64,000 nucleotides of DNA from Podarcis pityusensis. Its lineage: Eukaryota. How positions within the stretch are numbered: position 1 is the first letter of the stretch; each line of letters starts with the position of its first letter. Shown here one piece after another: positions 49,645 through 61,800 of this stretch. The DNA is taken from the NCBI GenBank assembly GCA_964106645.2, contig OZ067038.1; one strand, written 5' to 3'. Both the position numbers and the translations under genes were made by a program. Below the pieces are notes generated by a model. That model was not told the origin of the DNA. It did not search any database and saw only the letters and a list, made by a program, of their open reading frames with translations.

Positions 49645-50100
49645 CCGAACAAAGCCCTGAAAACATTTGAAGTATATTTTATGGCAATATTCTGGCATAA
49701 AGTCCTTCACAGATTTTACTTTGTCAACAAAATCCTACAAAAAAGCAGACCTTGATGTTATGTCAAGGAAAAAGTCACTTTTTTTGTCCTTGACATGTGG
49801 AACAACTCTGAAGAAATGGAAGAACAGAAAAAACAATAAATAAGAATGAGTCATCAAGTGGAAGCCACATATTCCGATGAAAGATAAAGAGCATAGGGAC
49901 ACAAATCTGTTTTCCCAAGTGGAAAAAGTGACAGCAAGCCAACAGGGAAGGACAAATTCAGACTGGAAAAATACTACAGTATTTTGGATAAACTTCCAAT
50001 GGAACTAGATAGAATGTCAATGATGCCGCCGTCAAGACTGTCATCTTTATCTGTTCTCTTTCTAAAATGAAATCTTGTGACAAAAATGCCATTGGATAAT
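49645..50100 (+). pseudogene. Fossil hAT (ZMYM1/Tip100-like) transposase fragment
   Basis: 49651-49743 translates KALKTFEVYFMAIFWHKVLHRFYFVNKILQK, then ADLDV after a frameshift. ~49950-50015 translates DKFRLEKYYSILDKLPMELDR. Both resemble conserved hAT catalytic-region blocks in the correct order. Confidence 0.55.
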
Positions 50101-51465
50101 CTCACAAGTGAATTCATTGCCAACAAAAATAAAAAAGATACAACTTTTACAATAATATAACTTCTACAATTATCTGAATGTTGTTTGTCATTATGTTTAA
50201 GTGTTCGTTTGTTTGTTTTTAAATTATCAATATGTGCTACCCACTGCAAGTAAATTTTTTTCCTTTTCTTGGAATCTTAGAGATATAGTATCTTAACATG
50301 CTGCTTCTAATGTCAAATACAGGTTGTTTTTGTCGGGGGTGGGTAAGGACTGAATGCATATTTACTTCTTTTTTAACCAGGCCTGCTCTTAGTTTGCGTC
50401 CTCCTTCTGCTTTGCATCAAAAGCAAATATCTCTTTTGTAAACTTCTTGTGCACCAGATTCTTCTTGGCCTTGCTCAACCACTCTTTCAGAATGTATTTC
50501 ATGCTGCATGTCCATCCTGTATCCTTTGCCCCAACAGGTTATAACCCTCCCTTTTGACCCAGGAGCTCCTGCTCTTGTAACTCATATTGCAATGCCACCA
50601 TCTCACTCTCCTATCGTTTTTCATCCTTCTTCAAAACAGGCTTCTTCTGCGAATCCAGGCTACTACTGCCCCAATCTTTTTATTTCAGCAAAAGGAATTG
50701 TATGTCTCCTATAGTGCTTTGTAATTGCCTGTAACCAATGTCCCTTTGTTCCTTTTTTTGCATCTGTTTTAATGTTTGTCCCTTTTATAAAACAGTAGCC
50801 TACAACTTTGATTTATGTATTTCCTTGGACTCCATCCAGTGGATGATATGTAAGTACCGTAAGTAATTTTAAGAATTATCCACCACCTTATGGTGGGGGC
50901 TGGTATTGCATTTTGGTGTATTTCTTAGCATTTTCATTTAACTATGGATCACTTCTAAGAAATCACATATTATATAGAACTTTTAAACATTGGCGAAGTG
51001 CTTTAAAATCTTTACTCTTATAACAATCTTGCAAGCCAGGTCACATTCACTGTTTTTTTTGGGTTTTTTTTATTATTTTGAAACTTAGGGCAAGATATAG
51101 AGAAGACTGTAGCAATAGAGTGACCTGAACCTACTTATTGATAGTTCTTTCTATTCTTTGGCTCACACTGGCTGTATAATGGCTGTATGCCTTGTTGGGG
51201 AAATTCAGGGGAGCAAATCTGTTATAATATAGGACCATGTTTTAGGTTGGAAGTTTAGAATATTTACTTACAGATATGTAATCATTAAGAAAAGGAAATT
51301 GACTCTCAGTGTCACCCCCCCCCCCCATACAAGACACTTTCCCAAATTAGTTCTAGGGCTTATTATACACCCCAGAAATGGAAGCAAGCAACTTTCCCAT
51401 TTCTCTCAGTTCAAGGTTCTTAATTTATGGAATGTACCAGGTGAAAACGGCCTATGCTCTTAACA

Positions 51466-52499
51466 CAGCAGGAGGGAAACTTTGGCTCCAGAAGTTACTG
51501 AACCACAACTCCTATAAGCCCTGGGCATTAGCTATGTTTGCTGAGGCTGATGGGAACTGTACATAGCTGTCAAGCGTCCCTTATTTGGAGGGACAGTCCC
51601 TTATCCCAGCGCCATGTCCCGCTGCTGTCCCTTATTGATGGATGTCCCTTAAATTTCCCGGGTTTCAAAGGAAGCAGCTCCTCTCCCTCCCTCCCTGCCG
51701 ACCAGGGAGGAGGGAGGCTCCAACTGTGTTGCTTGGCTGCCCGCGCCGCCCCCCTCTCACCAGCCTCGGCCCCTGGGAACCCCTCCCCACGGGGACTGGT
51801 GGGAGCCTCGGGCCCTTCCACCACCATCCTCCTCGCGGCTCCCGCTCCCGCTAGGCTGTACTGCGGCTATGCCGATGAAGGACCCGAAAGAGATGAGCAG
51901 CCTGGCATGGTCTATGAATTGATGAGGAGCCTTGAGAGGAGAGCGAGGGCAACCATAGAGAAAGCAGTTCAGAGAGAGGAGGAAGAGGAGGAGGTGGAGG
52001 CGCGGGCAAGTTTTCCAAGGGCTACAAGGGAAGGACCGCAAGTGCTTCTCCCATAGATTTGTAGTGGTAGTCTAGCATAGATGGTCTGATCTGCGGGCTT
52101 ACTTTGGGCACTATTTCCCCTCCCCCTTCCTCCCGCCCCACCTGATGGAATTGAGAGCTGCAGATGGAGCATGAGAGAAAAGATACAGAACTGCAGCAGC
52201 ATCTTCGTAGCTCGGACTTCGTTTTCCGCAAAAAGTGGTTGCTGCTTGTAGTTATTTAATTGCAGTGTTTCATTGGCTGGTGTCTTGAGCAGCAACCTCT
52301 GGAAACGAAGGGCTAAAAACCGGCGCTGCCCTTCAAAATTATCTGGTCCCTTTTAACTGGTTGACTAAAATCCCTTATTTTGGCTGCTGGTTCCTTATTT
52401 TCAAGGCTGCTGGTCCCTTATTTTCAAATCTGTAAGTTGACAGCTATGGAACTGTAGTGTAGCAATGTCCGGATGGCCAAAGGTTTTCCACACCTGCTG
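51466..52499. mobile_element. Palindromic MITE split by the hAT insertion
   Basis: Left half CAGCAGGAGGGAAACTTTGGC...GGGAACTGTA and right half GTGTAGCAATGTCCGGATGGCCAAAGGTTTTCCACACCTGCTG. Confidence 0.7.
51562..52448. mobile_element. 887-bp non-autonomous hAT element with GC-rich internal sequence
   Basis: TIRs CATAGCTGTCAA / TTGACAGCTATG. Perfect 8-bp TSD GAACTGTA (51554-51561 and 52449-52456). Subterminal TCCCTTAT repeats at both ends. Confidence 0.92.
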
Positions 52500-54135
52500 T
52501 TATGGAATATAGTGAATGTAATGATATAGCTTGTAATTTGTTGACTTTGCAATTTGAGGACTTGCCCTGGAGTCACATGGCCTGGTCAGTTCCTAAGGCC
52601 TTGAGTTTCAGTTCTAGCAAAGGGTCTTAGAGGCTCCTTTTAATAAAGCCCCTTTTATAAAACTACTCCTCATTCTTGGTGCCTGTTGTTGGACCCAGAA
52701 GCATTACAGTGAAAACTGGACAGAGTGGGGGATCCAGATAGGGAGCTTAAAGTGTGTTTCCCAGATTATTTTGATTTAGGCAGACTGGTTCCTGTGGTTA
52801 CAACATTTAGCACAACCATCTGCTGAATTACAGTAATGGTGCCCAAGAGCTCCAGTGCCCACCTTAGAGAGCTTATTTCTAATCTTTTTCACCAGGGCAG
52901 GAGGGATGAAATAGCAATGTCTGCTTTCAAATGTGAAATACTTGAACCCAACAAACCCAGCATCCTGCTCTTGAGTGCATCAAGTAAAAAGCGCAGCAGC
53001 CAAATGGAAAATGTGAGTCTTCTGGGATTGTGAAAGCAAGGATTATTTTGTTTCTAAACTATAAATCAGGCAATGCACAGAATGGAGGGGGAAGCAGGCC
53101 ACTGGAACCATCATCAGGCAGAGTTACAGCTTTCAGTGGTGCTCACTTGAGAGCTTAATGCTGGGTTACGCCTGGATAATGTTCAGTGATGGACACCAAA
53201 AAAAATGTAATGGGAAGAAAACTGAATGCTTCACGTGGAATGTGGTTTTCCACCACCGCCCCCCCCCCAGCTGAGTAAACTATCAGCTTAAAACAACCCA
53301 GCAGAAAATAAAGATTCACTTTTCTGCATAGTAAAATATATAGAATACTTTCACTAGCAGATCAATGACTGTGAAAACTTGGGAGAAACCTCAACTGAAT
53401 GTTCTTTAATCAGAATACAAAAAATGTTATAATGCTGTTTTGAATAGGTATTTCAGAAACTTATCCAAACTTACCTGAGATATTGGTGCTTAATTTCAGG
53501 TTTGTCACTGGAATATGCACTTTTCCACCTACAGCCCTCAACTGATTTTCCAGATTGACAGTAGGCCCAACATTGTTTTTCTCCTGTCACCTGGAATTCA
53601 GGACCAGACATTCAGGACTTGGATATTCTGTAATTTTGCAAATTCAGATATACCAAATTGGCCCGAATATAAGCTGCACCTGAATATAAGCCACACCTTT
53701 AAAATTCAAGAGTGAAAAAAGACAATACCAGAATATAAGACCTATGAGTGTATTTAGTATTTGGGAAAGTGGTTCAGGATGAAGTGATTATGGCTATATG
53801 AATATCTAACTCCCACACCAAGTAATCTCATCCATGACCCTCACCCTGACTCATCCTTGATGATGTACCATACTTCAGTCCTCACCTGCAGGCGTATACT
53901 TCCAACTGATGCTGCCTACCATTTGTGTCATTCATACCTGGGTATGACTAAACTGAGACCAACTTAGCGGTTGTCACCAAAAGCAGGATTTGAAGCAACT
54001 GTCCAAGCCGCATCCTTTGAACGAAACTGGAGCTCAAAATATCAGAGCTCAAATCTCAATAGATCAGTGGTACTGTTATCTTTTCTAACTCCATCAACAA
54101 TGCTCACCCCATTATACTTCAATACAGATTGACTA

Positions 54136-54451
54136 GGGGCTTATCCACATACTTACATTTCCTCCACTCTTTCCAGGCACAGTCTGCAATTTAAAGCTCT
54201 GTGTCCAAGTGCCTTTATTTTCCTCTTTTAGCTTTCAAGCTTTCCCCATGAAAACCCTCTCTTTAAAGCTCAGTCAGAACAAACTTCAATCTGTGGAAAA
54301 CTCCAATTGATGTTTGCTCCAATTCAGCTTTAAAGAGTGGATTTTCATGGGCAAAGCTTGGGACAAAATAAAGTAAAATGCTCTGACATGGAACACTGAA
54401 GTGTGGAACTCTGCCTGGAAAGTGCAGAGCAAAGGTAAGTGTGGATATGGG
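54136..54451. mobile_element. Palindromic MITE
   Basis: TATCCACATACTTAC...TTTCCAGGCA / TGCCTGGAAAG...GTAAGTGTGGATA inverted arms. Confidence 0.65.
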
Positions 54452-55398
54452 TTACTATAATGGGTTACTATAAACCACAGAAAGTGTCTTTGCATGTAGC
54501 CAGCAAAGCAGTCAGATGTCTAGGTTTTTGGAGCCAGCTGGCGTTGAGGTGACTTGGGGTTGGTGGAGGGGCACCAAAAGTGTGCTGTTGCTTTATGAGG
54601 CTTGACGCTGCTTTAAAGACTAGCACTGCCTGTGACGGTGCCTGCTTAATCCCTTCTGCTCAATTTATGGATTTGGAAATAAACAGATGTTACGAAAACA
54701 CTGTAAGGCGCCAGAACTGTCTCCTTGCAAGGAAACAGAACCCATCAAAGGCAGCCTATGAAACTCCCAATTACTCCATGAAATGGGGAGTGCAAAACCA
54801 GCCTTTACTGATCTGGTGCAGGGGCTGAATGGAATTTTAGTCCAAAACACCTGGAGGGCATCAGGTTGGCAAAGGCTGGCAAAAGAATACAATACTATGC
54901 GAAACAAGTTCTTAGGCAGTATGTTTTCAATTTCACCATGACTTGCTTTTCAATAAACACTTTAGTAAACACACACACATTTGTGTTAAGTAACGGAACA
55001 CTAAATAGCAGCATTAATAAGAATTTCACCTTTTCCTGTGGGATGTTCTTTTCAGTCCTGCTTCTCATTTAGCTGAACAACAATTCTATGAATGTAGCAT
55101 TCTCTCCAGGAGAGCTCAGTAATGGCAAGCCTGTTAGGTATATCAGGATTAGTATTAATTATGATTGTGCCCACCAGGTGGATAGATGCTATACAGACTA
55201 CAGGATCAACCATCAGTTCACACCTTAACCCTTAATTACATATTTTTAAAGCCTACTTGTTAATCTGGAAAGTCACTGGCATCATGGAACAACTTCTTTG
55301 TGTAGAACAAAAAGGTTGCGTTTGCTAAAGAACAGTAAAATGGAGCTGGGCTGAGGCAACGAAAAACAGTGCGGCCCACCAGGCATGTCTGTGGCCAC

Positions 55399-55544
55399 GG
55401 CCATAGCCAGGATTTTTGTTAGGGGGGCAGGACTTTGTTAGGGGGTGCAGGACTTTTGTTGGGGGGCAGAACTGATGCGATTGGCCTTTTTGTTTTACTT
55501 GATGGGGGGGCAGTTGTCCCCCCTGCCTCCCCTTGACTATGCCC
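55399..55544. mobile_element. Short MITE with GGGCGTAGCC-type TIRs
   Basis: GGCCATAGCCAGG...CCTTGACTATGCCC, with internal tandem GGACTTT(T)GTTAGGGGGGCA units. Confidence 0.6.
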
Positions 55545-56029
55545 ATGTCTTTTATGAAAGGATGGTATGCACTGCTGCACATCTCTTGATTCTGCCTCAA
55601 CTACCTTGTGGTTGCCTTTAAAATCATGCCCCAAACCCAAAAACTGGTTAAGAAACCAGCATCTGTCGTCTCTGAAATCTCAGCTTAAATTCACACAACG
55701 CAGTAGTGTATTCTTTCTGTCACAAATGTGATTTTTTAAAAAAATATTGCTTCTGACAGCACTTCTGATCGTACGTTATGATCAAGCTCTTTCTTCGTCA
55801 TCTTCTGGCGAACAGGCAGGCACATCTGGTGCAGACTTCTGGCAAGTCAGAGAGCATAGCAGAGAGGCAGTGGATGAATGCTCAGAGCATATTGGGCATT
55901 GCCCGATAGCCATCAATATTTATATGCCTGCTTTTTTTAACAATTGGCAGTTAAAAGCCTTCTCCCAAAAGCTGTGAAGGAACTTCTCTCATGGGAACTT
56001 TGTTTTGCTTTGTTTTTAGCTTTCCCACT

Positions 56030-56385
56030 GGGACGCGGGTGGTGCTGTGGTCTAAACCACAGAGCCTAGGGCTTGCCAATCAGAAGGTTGGCAGTTCAAA
56101 TCCCCGTGGCAGGGTGAGCTCCCGTTGCTCGGTCCCAGCTCCTGCCAACCTAGCAGTTTGAAAGCACATCAAGTGCAAGTAGTTAAATAGGTACTGCTCT
56201 GACGGGAAGGTAAACGGTGTTTCCGTGCGCTGCTCTGGTTCACCAGAAGCAGCTTAGTCATGCTGGCCACATGACCCAGAAAAACTGTCTGCTGACAAAC
56301 GCTGGCTACCTCGGCCTATAGAGCGAGATGAGCGCTGCAACCCCAGAGTTGTCCGGAGTCAGGAGTCCCTTTACCTTTACCTTTT
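56030..56385 (+). mobile_element. Sauria SINE (Squam1)
   Basis: GGGACGCGGGTGGTGCTGTGGTCTAAACC...(ACCTTT)n tail. Confidence 0.92.
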
Positions 56386-59286
56386 ACTGTGCTAGGTTGT
56401 GGGGGGTTCCCTGCTGCAAAATGTTGCAGTGTGCAGTACTTCAAAACGTCAGCCAGCCATGCCCTTTCCTAAGATACTCCATCACATTTCCCTCAGTTTT
56501 CTGCTCCCCTCACAACAGTCTGCATTCTGTACCAACTGAGCATAGTCAATCTTAACTCCTGGTAGCATATTTCGTGATAATTTTTGTAGAGAAGATCAAG
56601 CCAGTTAAGAAACAAATGTTTAGTGTGTGTGGTTTAGTGTCAAATAATGTTAGTTAAAACACAAAATTATTAGGTAAAGAAGCTTAAAAATGTTAATCTA
56701 GCCGCTACAGAATTGCCTTATATCTTGGGTCTGATGCTGCTGGAACATCTTACTCTTGGCCTTGCCCCCATATCCCATACTGATGAAACCTAAGCATGAT
56801 TTTTTGCAAAAAAAGTTTCAGTCCACAGATTCCCCATGTAGTGAACTATTCAGGGCAGCAGGTGTTTTTTGCAATGCACCTGTTAAACAAACTTGATTTG
56901 ATTGCAGAGCAGCTTATTCAAGGTTTCTATCTTGAACAACACACCTTTCAATTAACTGGGGAAGGGTTATTCATTCAGTGCACATACCATCACAAGCTCT
57001 CTTACCTTTTCCTTTTGTGCTTGTGTAATTTCAGGATCCTGTGTTTTACAGGGTTGCACAATAGCTTCTTATTAGCATTGCCAAGAATGCTAGGTTTCAG
57101 AAATTAAAGACAAGCTGTATCCTCAGAGCCAACATTACCCTCGATTAAAAATATAAATACCTGTGTTTCAATGGCAAAATACACAGGCTGCACATAAATT
57201 GTAAATAGCTGTCTAGCTACATAGTTTTCTGTGCATTATACATATAAACAGGGTGACTGGACCTTATAGGACTATCGGAAGCTTCCTTCTACAAGATAAG
57301 ACTAGTTATTCCATCTACTCCAGTATGCTCTACTCTGCCACTAATTTTCCAGAGCCTTTCCCATCACTTGCTCCCTGACCCCTTTTAACTAGAGATGCCA
57401 AGAATTGAAACTGGGAGCTGAACTGAGTGCATGTCTGAAATTGTGCCCACTTCTACATGCACAAGGCCTTCACATTTGGAAATGGAACCGATTCTGTTTT
57501 CCCCCATCAACTCTCTGTAGTCTGATCAGCAAGGCAGGCACATTGTGGTTGTATCCCCCAGGCCAAGTAAAGAGATAACACAATACTCGGGACATGGGTG
57601 TGAGTGAAAATAGGTCACAACCTTTTACTGGCTACAGTGAGGAAAGCAGGGTTGCCATGGCATTGAGTCAGGGTCCATTAACCTCCAGTACTTCCTGTCT
57701 GAAGCCTGATATGCCATACCAACTGGGGAAAGCCATGGGAGTTGACCAGGGCACAAAGACCCAGCGTGGTGCAAACCATGTGACTGGAATCCTGTTGCTA
57801 ACCTGAGATGAGTTGCACCAGGCCCAGTCCACTCCAAGTTCAGGGCAGGAGCCCAGGCACCTCTACAAGGTCCTTCAAGAGGGTTCCCCTTACGTTTGGA
57901 TCCTGCCCAGTGCCATTTCCGCTCAAGCTGCGACAGTTCCTATGTAGAAGACACCTAACAATCACCTGCTATCAGCTGAGAGAGAGAGGCAAAAAAAACT
58001 CTCAGGGAAAGGCTATGGGTGTCCTTTCAGGCCCTGTCAAATCAGCGGCCACTCAACACCTCAGTGGAAGACTTTAAAACCAAGGGAAGGTTGGGAAAAT
58101 TCACCTATGGGGTAAGAGAGAAAGAGTGGGTATTCTTTTCCTCTCTGAATGAAAGGTTTGCGAAGCTGAAAGCTGCAGAAGGGCAGCAACTCAATCATGG
58201 CTATTTAAGCAGCACTGTATTCTGTGCCTTAATCATACATTCTTATTTGTACCCTTGTAAATAAGTGACCACTAAGAGTACATTGGTTTTAAGTTCTCTC
58301 TAAGGTTTAGGCCACATTTTTAAATGACACAACACTATATAATTTGCAGCTGTATTCACAGAATGGCTCTTTTATTATTCAAATGCCAATTTTTCTTCTC
58401 AACCTTAATTTTTCACCATCTACTTAAAAAAAATTCGGACCCCGCAATACTGTTCTGGCAGGACTCTTGATTCACAACACCTTTACTAAACACAGGTCAG
58501 TTTATAGCTTTCCCCCCCCAGTTTGGTTCCTTGAACTTATGGTTTTAAAGGATAGCTTGCCAGTACTAATTTTATTTACCAAAAGATAAAAGTCTTATTG
58601 ATTTCCTGTTAACTATAACAAATACCTGCCTAATTGGTCTCAAATGTTATAGCCTAGGTTTGCAAACATTTCAACCAGCCTCTGTGGTTCCCTCTTTGAT
58701 GGCAAGTTTATATGCTGGTGTAACAATGTTATACAGATATTTCTGCCCTCAGCTCTATGTGTGTATAGTTAATATAATGACACCAATGCCACACAGGAAC
58801 AGTTAAAAAGGACAGGATGAGGTAGAGGCTGCCAATGACTTGGCATACTTCAGAGTGCAGCAGCTATTAAAAATTGAGCAGCAAAATCACTCAGCAGTGG
58901 CTGCTTCTTTTCTTTCTTTTTCTTTAAGTATGAAGAAATTGTGTTCTCTTATTATTGAATGTCTCTAGAATTGTGCCAAGGAATATAATCATGCTGCTTG
59001 TTCCTGTGCAGCCCTCCTGGAGGATTATGAGCAGTTGAGTTAGGACCTCGTAAAGTTTTCAGCAGCACAATTGCCAGGACCCAGTATCAACAGTAATAGG
59101 CAAATAAATAACATCCTCTGAGCCATTTTCAGTAACCCAAGAATCATTTTGCAAGCATGTCGTGCTATCACCTCCCTTTCCTCCTCCACTTTCTCCTTTT
59201 TCACTTCCCTCTCAAGAAAGGAACCTTTCTACACAGGTTTTAAGTACGAACAAATAACCTAAGCCTCCAAAATACAAATATTGGGG

Positions 59287-59293
<7 letters not shown>

Positions 59294-59329
<36 letters not shown>
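59294..59329. repeat. (GA)n microsatellite
   Basis: Direct reading. Confidence 0.95.
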
Positions 59330-59335
<6 letters not shown>

Positions 59336-59701
59336 ACCACCCAACTGAAAATAATGCATTATCTAGGAATATTTTAATTTTCTTTGAATCCAGTGTGAAG
59401 CCTGCATTTGGGTGAGGGGTGAGAGACTCTGCAGTTGCCATTAGAGGATGGTTGTTTCACCTGAGTTGCCCCACCCTCCAGCCCTAGTAACCTTCATAAG
59501 GAAGCTGCTGTAATGTGAAAAAAGCCTTCCTCTAGTGGTCAACACACAGCAACTGAAGCAGCGTCTGAACCCACAGTGAAATGGATCTTAATTATCAGTT
59601 TCCCCCAGGAATGCCTGCAGCTGCATCACCACAGCCTGAACTCATGCCCCCAGCAGCTAGCTTTCATCAGCCATGGATTTTACTATTTACTACTGAACTG
59701 T

Positions 59702-60059
59702 GGGGGACACGGGTGGCGCTGTGGGTTAAACCACAGAGCCTAGGACTTGCTGATCAGAAGGTCAGCAGTTCGAATCCCTGCGACAGGGTGAGCTCCCATT
59801 GTTCGGTCCCTGCTCCTGCCAACCTAGCAGTTTGAAAGCACGTCATAGTGCAAGTAGATAAACAGGTACCGTTCCGGGGGGAAGGTAAACGGTGTTTCCG
59901 TGCACTGCTCTGGTTCACCAGAAGTGGCTTAGTCATGCTGGCCACATGACCCGGAAGCTGTACGCCGGCTCCCTTGGCCAATAAAGCGAGATGAGCGCAG
60001 CAACCCCAGAGTCGGTCACAACTGGACCTAATGGTCAGGGGTCCCTTTACCTTTACCTT
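59702..60059 (+). mobile_element. Sauria SINE (Squam1)
   Basis: Full length, (ACCTTT)n tail, 11-bp TSD TACTGAACTGT (59691-59701 and 60060-60070). Confidence 0.95.
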
Positions 60060-60201
60060 TACTGAACTGTAATGCCTCAGAACTGTGAGTGGAAAACAAC
60101 TTCAAACCACAGACTAGGCCAAGAAGTATGGATCATCTCAGCGTCCATAACGAAGCCAAAGATTGCTGTATTACCTCTGGAGCTGCATTCCTATAGCACT
60201 A

Positions 60202-60422
60202 CAGGGTTAAGAACTTAATTTGTTCCGGAGGTCCTTTCTTAACCTGAAACTGTTCTTAACCTGAAGCACCACTTTAGCTAATAGGGCCTCCCGCTGCCAC
60301 CGCGTGATTTCTGTTCTTATCCTAAAGCAAAGTTCTTAACCCGAGGTACTATTTCTGGGCTAGTGGAGTCTGTAACCTGAAGCGTCTGTAACCTGAAGTG
60401 TTTGTAACCTGAGGTACCACTG
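60202..60422. mobile_element. Tigger-like MITE, same family as 48486-48711, opposite orientation, left TIR partly deleted
   Basis: TA-CAG[deletion]GGTTAAG...GAGGTACCACTG-TA. Confidence 0.85.
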
Positions 60423-61611
60423 TATCTGTATTCAGGGTATTTTAAGAGTTGACATAAAACAGATCCCTTCAAAAAGCTTTCAACTGAAACTGCTACTTGG
60501 AAGATGAACAATGAGAAGGGAGAGCATAGAAAACAAAGGAATGTGGGTATAAATCTGTAATATGAATATTCTAAGTGAATTTATACCAATATTCCCATAC
60601 ACAGCACCCACAATTAAGTTCAACTTCTCATCCACATCGAGCGTTTAACAACAAATAATAACCTCTAAGAAACTTGTGAAATGGAGCCTCTTGTGGGTAT
60701 GCTTTGTCTGAGAGGGAGGGTCAATGCCCGTTTTGACATTTGAGATCGAGATTGAATTGTATATGAAAATCCTCATTGCTCTGCTGATGCCTAAAGGCAC
60801 CAGTTGTGAACTGGTGGCTCTCCAGATATAAGACTCCCAACTCCTATCAGTCTCAGCCAGCAAGTCCAATTGCCCGGGGTAGATACAGGTATCAGCATGC
60901 CTTCCCAGTACAAATGTGCTAATATTCCTGATCAGATTAGCATATCAAAGTGTTTCTCCTAGGGATCATAGCTTAGTGGTAGAGCATCTTCTCTGCATGC
61001 AGAAAATCTCTGGTTCAATCCCTGCCATGAAGGCAATTTTTCCCTGCTCTTCAATTAAACAGGCTCTCACAACAATTTACAGAACAATACCAATCAAAAT
61101 GACCTCTGTACTCAGGCTTATAATCTAAGAGACAAAACAAAAAAGTGGGAGGGAGAGGTGAGGAGGGAGGAAAAGGCAGCAAAGGTAGGTCTCCTCTCTG
61201 AGGAAGCAGGACATTTCAGATCTGCTATCCAGCTTCCATCTACTTTTAATTTCATTAGAAGTTTGCATTCTGTTGTATACTATTAAATATTTCCATCTGT
61301 TTGTATCCCCACCCTCCATGGTAGTATTTAGAAAATGGACACAAATATCAGCATAAATGAATTAGGGAAAGAAATAGGCAAACAAATTTGATGAGTGCAA
61401 TTATTTCTTTTAAACAAACATGACGGATCTGGACAATTGTAGCCAGTTACCTGCCTGGCTTAAGGGAAGAAAGCATGGCACTAGATGGGAACTAGCCCAG
61501 TGGCACAACTCCCACTGTGCTTGCAGAAGGCCCCACGTCCAATCCCCAGGGTCTCCAAATAGGGCTGGAGAAATCTCATGTCCAAAACCCTGGAGAGCTA
61601 CTGCCAGTCAG

Positions 61612-61800
61612 TATAGATTGTAGAGCTGGAAGGGACCACTAGGATTATCTAGTCCAACCCCCTGCAATGCAGGAATCTTTTGCCCAGCATGGTGCTCAAA
61701 CCCATGACCCTGATATTAAGATTCTTGTGCTCTACCAACTGAGCTATTTTTTTAAAAAATTCTTTTTATTGATATTAATTTACCAACTGAGCTATATGTG
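61612..61800 (-). mobile_element. tRNA-Lys-derived SINE with CR1-type tail
   Basis: Minus strand TAGCTCAGTTGGTAGAGCACAAGAATCTTAATATCAGGGTCATGGGTTTGAGCACCATGCTGGGC (tRNA-Lys(CUU)-like), plus the same tail as 431-580. Confidence 0.75.
61748..61780 (-). mobile_element. 33-bp retrotransposed micro-insertion (3' tip with AATAAA and polyA)
   Basis: Flanked by the 15-bp direct repeat TACCAACTGAGCTAT (61733-61747 and 61781-61795). Confidence 0.6.

Noticed and set aside
49974-50075. Minus-strand terminal exon encoding KRTDKDDSLDGGIIDILSSSIGSLSKIL
   Set aside because: The opposite strand is better explained as a fossil hAT transposase, and no upstream exons were identified.
50385-50770. Minus-strand purine-rich, coiled-coil-like reading frame
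   Set aside because: It has several in-frame stops and no recognisable family, so no call can be supported.
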